This document shows, piece after piece, positions 56,616 to 64,000 of a DNA stretch of 64,000 nt. Numbering within the stretch: the first letter of the stretch is position 1; every line of letters begins with the position of its first letter. Where the stretch lies: the NCBI GenBank assembly GCA_019311115.1, contig JAFDDB010000002.1, positions 25,572 to 89,571 on the forward strand, given 5' to 3'. The notes under the pieces are model-generated. The model worked only from the letters and a program-made list of their open reading frames with translations, ran no database searches and had not been told where the DNA came from. Made by a program: the position numbers and the translations under genes. This stretch comes from Deltaproteobacteria bacterium (lineage in GTDB: Bacteria; Myxococcota_A; UBA9160; SZUA-336).

Positions 56616-58436
56616 CTAGTCGTCCTCTCGGTCGCCTCCGCGCAGCCGCTCGAGCATCTCCGAGGAGAACTGGTCGCCCAGCGTCGCCGTCTGCGTTCGG
56701 GCCTGCTGCGATACGCGGGCGATCGCCTCGCGCTCCTGGTGCTCGGTGATGGCGCGCATCGAGAGCGCGATCTTCTGCTCGGCGGTGTCCACGCGGACGA
56801 CCAGGCACTCGACCTCTTCGCCGACCTTCACCGCGTCGCGCAGGTTCTCGATGTCGCGGCCCACTTCGGAGGAGTAGACGAGACCCTCGATGCCCGGCTC
56901 GAGCTCCACGAAGACGCCGAAGTCGGCGACGCTCGTGACCTTGCCCTGGATGCGCGTGCGCACCGGGTACTTCAAGCCCATCTCTTCCCACGGGTTCCGC
57001 TCGAGCTGCTTGATGCCGAGCGAGAACTTCTCGTTCTCCCGGTCGACCTTGAGCACGACCGCCTCGATCTCGTCGCCCTTCGTGTACAGGTCCTTCGGGT
57101 CGCGGATCCGCTGCGTCCACGAGATGTCGGACACGTGCACGAGGCCGTCGATCTCCTCGTCCTCGATGCCCGCGAAGACGCCGAAGTTCGTCACGTTGCG
57201 GACGACGCCCTTGACGCGCGTCCCCGGCGGGTACTTGTCTTCGAGCAGCGCCCACGGGTTCGGCTCGGTCTGCTTCATGCCGAGCGAGATCTTCCGGTCT
57301 GCCTCGTCGACGTTGAGCACGAGCACGTCAGTCTCGTCGCCGATCGCGACCACCTTCGAGGGGTGCTTGACGCGGCGCGTCCAGCTCATCTCGGAGATGT
57401 GGATCAGCCCCTCGATGCCCGGCTCGAGCTCCACGAAGGCGCCGTAGTCCGCCAACGAGACGACCTTGCCCGAGAGGCGCAGGCCGATCGGGTAGCGCTC
57501 CGCAACGCTGTGCCACGGATCGGGCTGCGTCTGCTTCAGGCCCAGCGAAACGCGCTCGGTCTCCACGTCGAACTTGAGGACCTTGACCTTCAGCTGGTCG
57601 CCGACCTGGAACAGCTCCGTCGGATGCGAGATGCGGCCCCACGACATGTCGGTGATGTGGAGCAGGCCGTCGACGCCGCCCAGGTCGATGAAGGCGCCGT
57701 AGTCCGTGATGTTCTTGATCACGCCTTCGATGACCGCGCCCTCTTCCAGTTGCTTGAGCGTGTCGCCGCGCAGCGCCTCGCGCTCGGTCTCGAGCAGGAC
57801 ACGGCGCGAGAGCACGATGTTCCCGCGGCGCTGGTTGAACTTGATGATCTTGAACTTGTGGTTCTCGCCGATCAGGCGCTCCAGGTTCCGCACCGGGCGC
57901 AGATCGACCTGGCTGCCGGGCAGGAAGGCCTTGATGCCCTGGACGTTCACCGACAGGCCGCCCTTCACGCGGCCCGTGATGACGCCCTCGACGACTTCGT
58001 CCGCCTCCTGCACCGCCGACAGGCGGTCCCAGACGCGAACGCGGTCCGCCTTCTCCTTGGACAGGACGACGACGCCCTCGTCGTTCTCGGGCTGCTCGAC
58101 CATCACCTCGACTTCGGCGCCGGGATCGATGTTGACCAGACCCTGGCGGTCGGCGAACTCCCAGGTGGCGATCAACCCCTCGGACTTGTAGCCGATGTCG
58201 ACCAGCACGTGCTCCGGATCGATTCGCAGGACTATGCCCTTGACGACCTCTCCGGCCTTGATCAGCCGGACGCTGCTCTCGAAGAGGTCCGCAAAGCTCT
58301 CCTCTCCGTTGGAGTCCTCGCTCCCGCTGGCGTCCTCACTCCCGTTGGAGTCCTCACTCGGGGCGGGCGTGGCTTGGGTGGCCGCCGCGTCCGCGGTCTC
58401 GTCGGTCTGCGTCTCTCCAGTCATGCGCGTCTTCAC
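56616..58436 (-). CDS. rpsA: 30S ribosomal protein S1 with about 50-aa acidic low-complexity N-terminal extension
   Basis: Six S1 domains. The canonical N-terminus SFADLFESS begins near residue 47, preceded by TDETADAAATQATPAPSEDSNGSEDASGSEDSNGEE. Confidence 0.9.
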   Translation of the reverse strand: MKTRMTGETQTDETADAAATQATPAPSEDSNGSEDASGSEDSNGEESFADLFESSVRLIKAGEVVKGIVLRIDPEHVLVDIGYKSEGLIATWEFADRQGLVNIDPGAEVEVMVEQPENDEGVVVLSKEKADRVRVWDRLSAVQEADEVVEGVITGRVKGGLSVNVQGIKAFLPGSQVDLRPVRNLERLIGENHKFKIIKFNQRRGNIVLSRRVLLETEREALRGDTLKQLEEGAVIEGVIKNITDYGAFIDLGGVDGLLHITDMSWGRISHPTELFQVGDQLKVKVLKFDVETERVSLGLKQTQPDPWHSVAERYPIGLRLSGKVVSLADYGAFVELEPGIEGLIHISEMSWTRRVKHPSKVVAIGDETDVLVLNVDEADRKISLGMKQTEPNPWALLEDKYPPGTRVKGVVRNVTNFGVFAGIEDEEIDGLVHVSDISWTQRIRDPKDLYTKGDEIEAVVLKVDRENEKFSLGIKQLERNPWEEMGLKYPVRTRIQGKVTSVADFGVFVELEPGIEGLVYSSEVGRDIENLRDAVKVGEEVECLVVRVDTAEQKIALSMRAITEHQEREAIARVSQQARTQTATLGDQFSSEMLERLRGGDREDD

Positions 58437-58566
58437 CGTCTCCTGATTCGGGCTTGTCTGTCTAGGGGGGCGGGGCTTGTCCCGCCGCCTCGTATCCGCT
58501 CCAGAACGCCACAGCCGCTCCCTTCGGCGGACGGGCTATCTGGTCGATTTTTCTCGCCATTACCGG

Positions 58567-59397
58567 TTAGCGTTCTAGCTCCTTCAGAGCCTTCTGGCCA
58601 GACCGCAGCGCCTCGAGCAACGCTTCACGGTCTCCCCGGACCAGGGCTTCGTGCAGAACTCCGAGGTCTTTCTCGAATCGAGCAAGCTCTTCGGCCACCG
58701 CGGACCGGTTCATGAGCAGAATCTCACACCACAGCGCAGGGTTGGCGCGCGCGATGCGGATGAAATCACGCAGGCCCCCGCCCGCCAGCCGGAGCTCCTC
58801 TGCTGCCGGCAGTCCGCGGGCGAATGCGTAGGCGATGAGATGAGGCGCGTGGGACAGCGCCGCGCTGATCGCGTCGTGTTCCGCCGGCGTCTTTCGAACC
58901 GTAAATGTGCCGAAACACTGCCAGAATTCGTCCACCCGGTCCACCACGGCCGCCGGTTCGTGCCCCTCCAGGGCGAGAATGCAGGCCGCACCCTCGAACA
59001 GGTCGGACCGGGCATGAGCGAATCCGGTGGCGTCTCCGCCGGCCATGGGGTGCGCGCCGACGCAGCGCTCCGGGCGATCCAGCCAGCGGCGCGCGGCGAC
59101 GGCCACTGGGCGCTTCACGCTGGCGACGTCCGTGAGAATGGTCTCCTCGCCCAGGTGAGGGGCGATTCCCTCGAGCACGGGGTCGAGCTGGTCGAGAGGC
59201 ATGGCGAGCACGAGCAGGTCGGCCCAGGCGGCGGCCTCTTCGAGGCCCACGAGCGGGATCGGACCGGCCTCCCGCAGGCCCGGGTCCACGCCCCTCACGG
59301 CCGCCGCGACGTCCCGCTCGATGGCACCCAGCGCGACCGACCCCCCGACCAGGCCGAGACCGACGACCGCGAGCCGCTCGATGCGGGGAGCCGTCAC
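58567..59397 (-). CDS. tyrA: prephenate dehydrogenase
   Basis: NAD-binding motif VVGLGLVGGS and catalytic GAHPMAG, matching the TyrA family. Confidence 0.8.
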   Translation of the reverse strand: MTAPRIERLAVVGLGLVGGSVALGAIERDVAAAVRGVDPGLREAGPIPLVGLEEAAAWADLLVLAMPLDQLDPVLEGIAPHLGEETILTDVASVKRPVAVAARRWLDRPERCVGAHPMAGGDATGFAHARSDLFEGAACILALEGHEPAAVVDRVDEFWQCFGTFTVRKTPAEHDAISAALSHAPHLIAYAFARGLPAAEELRLAGGGLRDFIRIARANPALWCEILLMNRSAVAEELARFEKDLGVLHEALVRGDREALLEALRSGQKALKELER

Positions 59398-60494
59398 CGG
59401 CCGAGCTCCGCGCGCAGGGCCTCGATGAAGCGGTCGTTCTCCTCGGGGAGCCCCACCGTCACCCGAAGGTGCGACGACAGGCCGAACGCGCCAAGCGCGC
59501 GCGTGATCACACCGCGCCGCAGCAGGCGCTGGTACAGGCCGGCCGCGTCGTCCCCGACCTCGACCAGCACGTAGTTCGCGTCACTCCGCGCCCAGGCCAG
59601 CCCCAGCTCGTCGAACGCGCGCTCGAGCTTCTCCAGGCCCCGGTGCGTCAGCTCGCGCACGCGTGCCAGGTGGTCCGCGTCGCGCAGTGCGCCCAGCGCG
59701 GCGGCCTGCGCCATGGAGTTGACGTTGAACGGGTGACGCGCGCGCTCCAGGTAGCCGACCAGCTCGGGGTCGCCGATGGCGTAGCCGACGCGCAGGCCGG
59801 CCAGGCCGTAGACCTTGGAGAACGTGCGCAGGCTCAGCACCGTCGGGCGCCTGCGGATCGCCGCCAGCGTGTCGGGAAAGTCGTCGCGGCGCACGTAGTC
59901 CAGGTAGGCCTCGTCGTGCACCAGGATCACGCGCTCCGGCAGGCCGTCGACCAGCACGTCGAACTCGGCCTGGCCGATCGAAGTCCCGGTCGGGTTGTTC
60001 GGGTTGGCCAGGAAGACGACGCGCGTGCGGTCGGTGACGGCCGAGAGCACGCTCGCCACGTCGAAGCGGAAGTCGCTGTCGAGCGCGACCTCGACGGGCT
60101 TCGCGCCCATGCCGCGCGTCACGATCGGGTACATGGCGAAGCTCGGCCAGGGGAAGACCGCCTCGTCGCCCGGGCCGAGCACGCACTTGGCCAGGATCTC
60201 GAGCAGCTCGCTGGAGCCCGTGCCGAAGATCAGCGCCTCGGGAGCGACTCCGAGCTGCGACGCCAGCGCCTCGCGAAGGTAGTAGCTGGAGCCGTCGGGA
60301 TAGCGGTTCAGCCCCTCGGTCGCCTGGACCGCCGCTTCGAGCGCGCGGCGCGACGGGCCGAGCGGCGACTCGTTCGACGCCAGCTTGATCGAGCCCGAGA
60401 TGCCGAGCTCGCGCTCCAGTTCCTCGACGGGCTTGCCGGGCGGGTAGGCCTCGAGCTCGAGGATGTGCGGCTTCATCAGGTCCGCGATCTTCAC
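59394..60494 (-). CDS. hisC: histidinol-phosphate/aromatic aminotransferase
   Basis: LANPNNPTG and the PLP-lysine context FSKVYGLAGLRVGY. It sits between pheA and tyrA as in the proteobacterial pheA-hisC-tyrA arrangement. Confidence 0.85.
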   Translation of the reverse strand: MKIADLMKPHILELEAYPPGKPVEELERELGISGSIKLASNESPLGPSRRALEAAVQATEGLNRYPDGSSYYLREALASQLGVAPEALIFGTGSSELLEILAKCVLGPGDEAVFPWPSFAMYPIVTRGMGAKPVEVALDSDFRFDVASVLSAVTDRTRVVFLANPNNPTGTSIGQAEFDVLVDGLPERVILVHDEAYLDYVRRDDFPDTLAAIRRRPTVLSLRTFSKVYGLAGLRVGYAIGDPELVGYLERARHPFNVNSMAQAAALGALRDADHLARVRELTHRGLEKLERAFDELGLAWARSDANYVLVEVGDDAAGLYQRLLRRGVITRALGAFGLSSHLRVTVGLPEENDRFIEALRAELGR

Positions 60495-61594
60495 GACGCC
60501 TCCGCCCGGGGATAGCTGCCCAGGACCTTGACGAAGTCACACCTCGGCTCCAGCTGGGCGATCGCCGCGGCGACGGGCTCGTCGTCCACGTGGCCCTCGA
60601 AGTCGCAGAAGAACACGTACTCCCAGGCGCGGACGCGCGTCGGGCGCGACTCGATGCGAGTCAGGTTCACGTCGTGCTCCGCGAACGGCTCGAGCGCCTT
60701 GTAGAGCGCCCCCGACTGGTCGCGCTTGATCGAGAAGAGCAGCGACGTGATGTCGCGCGCGCTCCTCTTGGAGGGCACGCGGCTGATCACGAGGAAGCGG
60801 GTGGTGTTGTCGCTGTTGTCCTCGATTCCGCTGCGCACGGCGCGCAGGCCGTAGAGCCCGGCCGCGACCGGGCTCGCGATGGCCGCGATCGTCGCGTCGC
60901 GGCTCGCCATCTCGGCGGCCTCGGCCGTCGAGTGCGCCGAGTGCTGCGGCACCCCGGTCAGGTTCAGCTCGAGCCAGCGGCGGCACTGCGCCAGCGGCTG
61001 AGGGTGCGAGTAGACCGCGCGCACCTCGGCCAGGTCTCCGCTCAGCGAGAGCAGGTCGTGGTGGACGGCGACGTGGATCTCGGCGCTGATCGTCAGCGGC
61101 GACTCGACGAAGAGGTCGAGCGTGTGACTCACCACGCCCTCGTTCGAGTTCTCGACCGGCACGACGCCGAACTCGGCGCGCTCGGACTCGACCGCCTCGA
61201 AGATGTCGGCGAAGGTCGTCGCCGGCAGCAGGTCCGCCATCTGTCCGAACTGCTGGATGGCCGCCTGGTGCGAGTAGGTGCCGCGCGGCCCCAGGTACGA
61301 GACGCTCACGCCGCGCTGCAGCGAGATCGAGGCCGAGATGATCTCGCGAAAGACGTTGCGGATGGCCGACGTCGGAAAGGGGCCCGCGTTCGCGCCCTCG
61401 AGCCGCTCGAAGATCTCCAGCTCGCGGCTCGGAACGAAGGACGTACTGCCCTCGCCCGCCTTGAGGCGCCCGATCTCCGCATTGAGCCGCGCGCGGTCGT
61501 TGAGGAGGTCGAGGATCCGATCGTCGATCTCATCGATATTCCGCCGCGCGCCGTCCAAGGGGTCCCGGGATCTGGATCGTCGTGAATCACCCAT
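60491..61594 (-). CDS. pheA: bifunctional chorismate mutase/prephenate dehydratase
   Basis: Chorismate mutase domain IDEIDDRILDLLNDRARL, prephenate dehydratase motif YLGPRGTYSHQAA, and a C-terminal ACT domain. Confidence 0.85.
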   Translation of the reverse strand: MGDSRRSRSRDPLDGARRNIDEIDDRILDLLNDRARLNAEIGRLKAGEGSTSFVPSRELEIFERLEGANAGPFPTSAIRNVFREIISASISLQRGVSVSYLGPRGTYSHQAAIQQFGQMADLLPATTFADIFEAVESERAEFGVVPVENSNEGVVSHTLDLFVESPLTISAEIHVAVHHDLLSLSGDLAEVRAVYSHPQPLAQCRRWLELNLTGVPQHSAHSTAEAAEMASRDATIAAIASPVAAGLYGLRAVRSGIEDNSDNTTRFLVISRVPSKRSARDITSLLFSIKRDQSGALYKALEPFAEHDVNLTRIESRPTRVRAWEYVFFCDFEGHVDDEPVAAAIAQLEPRCDFVKVLGSYPRAEAS

Positions 61595-61719
61595 CGATCA
61601 CTTCCGTGGAGGGGCGCGATGATACCCCAGCGCCGGAGCGCCCGCCAAAGGAAAGCCCAGCGATCCCGGCGACTTCCGTGCCCACAGCAGCACGAGAGCG
61701 TGGCGTATACTCGCGCCCC

Positions 61720-62367
61720 ATGAGTGGCGTGCGGAGCGTGGTGATCGGCCTCACGGGCGGAATCGGGACGGGCAAGACGCGCGTATCGGACCTGCTGCGC
61801 GAACTCGGCGCCGCCATCGTCTGCTCGGACGAGATCGTCCGGCAGCTGCAGGCACCGGGCGGCGAGGTGCTCGAACGCATCCGCGAGACCTTCGGCGACG
61901 AGTACGTCCTGGCCTCGGGAGAGCTCGACCGCGCGCGGCTCGGCGAGCTGGTCTTCAACGACCCCGCCGAGCGCCAGCGGCTGAACGCCGTCGTCCACCC
62001 CGCCGTAGGCCGGGAGACTTCGAGGCAGCTCGAGGCCCACCGCAAGGCCGAGGTGCCCGTGATCGTGCTCGACATCCCGTTGCTCTTCGAGGTGCGCCGC
62101 CCCGGCACGGCGGCCGCACATCCGACGGACTTCGTCGTGACGGTCTACGCGCCGGCCGAAACTCAGCTCGAGCGCGTGCTCGCGCGCGACGACCTGGAGC
62201 CCGCCGAGGCGCGCGCGCGCATCGACTCGCAGATCCCGATCGAGGAGAAGCGCGAGCTGGCCGACGTGGTGATCGACAACTCGGGGGCCTGGGACGCGAC
62301 CGAGAAGCAGGTACGCGAGCTCTACGCGCTGTGGGTCAGCCGCGCGCGCTCCGCACCGCCTGGCTGA
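61720..62367 (+). CDS. coaE: dephospho-CoA kinase
   Basis: Starts at MSGVRSVVIGLTGGIGTGKT (P-loop), which is M47 of the listed ORF. Confidence 0.8.
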   Translation: MSGVRSVVIGLTGGIGTGKTRVSDLLRELGAAIVCSDEIVRQLQAPGGEVLERIRETFGDEYVLASGELDRARLGELVFNDPAERQRLNAVVHPAVGRETSRQLEAHRKAEVPVIVLDIPLLFEVRRPGTAAAHPTDFVVTVYAPAETQLERVLARDDLEPAEARARIDSQIPIEEKRELADVVIDNSGAWDATEKQVRELYALWVSRARSAPPG

Positions 62368-63142
62368 GTTCGCGTACGAACGCGCCCGCCGCCTCGATGG
62401 CTTCGGCGCGGGAGCCGGCCGCGTGGACGCGCTGCACGAGCTCGCTGCCCACGATGACGCCGTCGGCGAAACCCGCGATCTGGCCGGCCTGCTCCGGCGT
62501 CGACACGCCGAAGCCGACGCAGACCGGGAGCGAGCTCACGCGCTGGATGCGTCCCACGAGCGTGCGCAGGTCGGTCGGCAGCTGCTTGCGCGCGCCGGTC
62601 ACGCCGGTGACCGAGACGCAGTACAGGAAACCCTTGCTGTGCTGCGCCACCCGCACGATCCGCTCCGGCGGGCTGGTCGGCGTGATCAGCAGGATCGGGT
62701 GCACGTCCTTCGCGGCGCAGGTCTCGGCCAGCACCGGGGCTTCTTCGTAGGGCAGGTCCACCGCGATCAGCCCGTCGATGCCCGAGTCGGCGCAGGTCTC
62801 GATGAACGGCTCTTCGCCGCGCGCCAGGATGTTGTTCGCGTAACCCATCAGCACGAGCGGAATCTCGCTGACCTCGCGCAGGCGCCGGACCAGGTCGAAG
62901 ATCTGCGCCGGCGTCACGCCGCCCTTCAGCGCGCGCAGCGAGGCGGCCTGGACGGTCGGTCCGTCGCCGATCGCGTCGCTGTGCGGCAGGCCCAGCTCGA
63001 TCACGTCGGCGCCCGCCGCCGCCAGCTCCGGCACCAGCTCGGCCGTCATCTCGAGATCGGGGTCGCCCGCGGTGACGAAGACGATCAACGCGGCGCGCCC
63101 TTCGGCGCGGGTGCGTTCGAAGGCGGCGTCGATGCGGTTCAC
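62336..63142 (-). CDS. trpA: tryptophan synthase alpha chain
   Basis: GTG start overlapping the trpB stop (GTGA). [14 protein letters not shown]...[13 protein letters not shown]...[10 protein letters not shown] matches TrpA. Confidence 0.85.
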   Translation of the reverse strand: MNRIDAAFERTRAEGRAALIVFVTAGDPDLEMTAELVPELAAAGADVIELGLPHSDAIGDGPTVQAASLRALKGGVTPAQIFDLVRRLREVSEIPLVLMGYANNILARGEEPFIETCADSGIDGLIAVDLPYEEAPVLAETCAAKDVHPILLITPTSPPERIVRVAQHSKGFLYCVSVTGVTGARKQLPTDLRTLVGRIQRVSSLPVCVGFGVSTPEQAGQIAGFADGVIVGSELVQRVHAAGSRAEAIEAAGAFVRELSQAVRSARG

Positions 63143-64000
63143 CTGCGCACCTCGAGCAGGCGGCGCGCCTCGGCCACGTCCTTGTCCCCGCGGCCCGACA
63201 GGTTGAGCACGACGAGGCTGCCCTCGGGCAGCGACGGGGCGCGGCGCCGCAGCTCGGCGATCGCGTGCGCGGACTCGAACGCGGGCAGGATCCCCTCGGT
63301 CCGGGCCAGGTAGACGAAGGCGTCGAGCGCCTCGGCGTCCGTGGCCGGCACGTACTCGGCTCGCCCGGTCTCCTTGTAGAAGCTGTGCTCGGGCCCGACG
63401 CCCGGGTAGTCGAGCCCGGCCGAGATCGAGTGCGCCTCGAAGATCTGGCCGTCGTCGTCCTGCAGCACGTAGGAGCGGCTGCCGTGGAGCACTCCCGGCG
63501 AGCCCGCAGTGAGCGTCGCCCCGTGCGGGCCGACCCCGACTCCCTCCCCTCCGGCCTCGACGCCGACCATGGCCACGCCGTCGTCGTGGCGAAAGGGGTG
63601 GAAGAAGCCGATGGCGTTGCTGCCCCCACCGACGCACGCGATCAACAGGTCCGGCAGCCGTCCCTCGGCCGCCAGGATCTGCTCGCGCGCCTCCTCGCCG
63701 ATCACCGTCTGGAGCTCGCGGACCAGCAGCGGGTAGGGATGCGGACCGGCCGCCGACCCGATCAGGTAGTAGGTGGTGCGCACGTTCGTGGCCCAGTCGC
63801 GCATGGCCTCGTTCATGGCGTCCTTGAGGGTGCGGCTGCCCGACTCGACGGAGTGCACGCGCGCACCGAGCAGCTCCATGCGGAAGACGTTCAGCTCCTG
63901 GCGCCGCACGTCCTCGGCGCCCATGAACACCTCGCAGTCGAGCCCGTAGCGGGCGCAGGCGGTCGCGGCCGCGACGCCGTGCTGTCCCGCCCCGGTCTCG
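63139..64000 (-). CDS. trpB: tryptophan synthase beta chain, C-terminal portion (gene continues beyond window end)
   Basis: [23 protein letters not shown] and [15 protein letters not shown] match TrpB. The frame stays open to the window edge (upstream [16 protein letters not shown]). Confidence 0.85.
   Translation of the reverse strand, partial: ETGAGQHGVAAATACARYGLDCEVFMGAEDVRRQELNVFRMELLGARVHSVESGSRTLKDAMNEAMRDWATNVRTTYYLIGSAAGPHPYPLLVRELQTVIGEEAREQILAAEGRLPDLLIACVGGGSNAIGFFHPFRHDDGVAMVGVEAGGEGVGVGPHGATLTAGSPGVLHGSRSYVLQDDDGQIFEAHSISAGLDYPGVGPEHSFYKETGRAEYVPATDAEALDAFVYLARTEGILPAFESAHAIAELRRRAPSLPEGSLVVLNLSGRGDKDVAEARRLLEVRR

Overview
This is a 64 kb chromosomal segment from a high-GC (about 70%) Gram-negative bacterium. 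The gene content (PEP-CTERM-like sorting tag, PilZ, many lipoproteins, LapAB, multiheme cytochrome) suggests a Myxococcota-like organism, but that is only a guess. Coding density is high, about 60 CDS, mostly conserved housekeeping operons. The window is bounded by a PQQ quinoprotein dehydrogenase at the 5' end and by pheA-hisC-tyrA, coaE and trpA/trpB at the 3' end. The middle holds scpA-scpB-rluB, mutS-amidase, glnD-xerD-cca, leuCD, two acyl-CoA dehydrogenase/CoA-transferase clusters, a speH-speE-efp operon, an ABC transporter, and an rpsA-ihfB-lapA-lapB block. I found no rRNA, tRNA, CRISPR array, IS element or prophage. Many long high-GC ORFs in the six-frame track are spurious antisense or composite frames (Arg/Ala/Pro-rich). 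Four observations stand out. (1) A 23-codon leader ORF rich in Phe/Tyr/Trp, followed by an intrinsic terminator, sits just upstream of a class-I DAHP synthase; this looks like a classical attenuator not annotated on this gene family. (2) Positions 714-10624 hold a cell-envelope glycoconjugate or lipid-remodeling locus. It has two GT-C (DEG-motif) membrane glycosyltransferases, a YhhN(lysoplasmalogenase)-sulfatase fusion, a divergent GT2-methyltransferase fusion, a 2OG-Fe(II) oxygenase and an ankyrin-repeat lipoprotein. (3) A speH-speE-efp operon is linked by overlapping stop/start codons. (4) A lipoprotein with seven tandem DxDGDG (EF-hand-like) repeats is co-transcribed with a CAP-domain protein; it lies downstream of a G-run-rich leader and upstream of a 27-bp inverted repeat.
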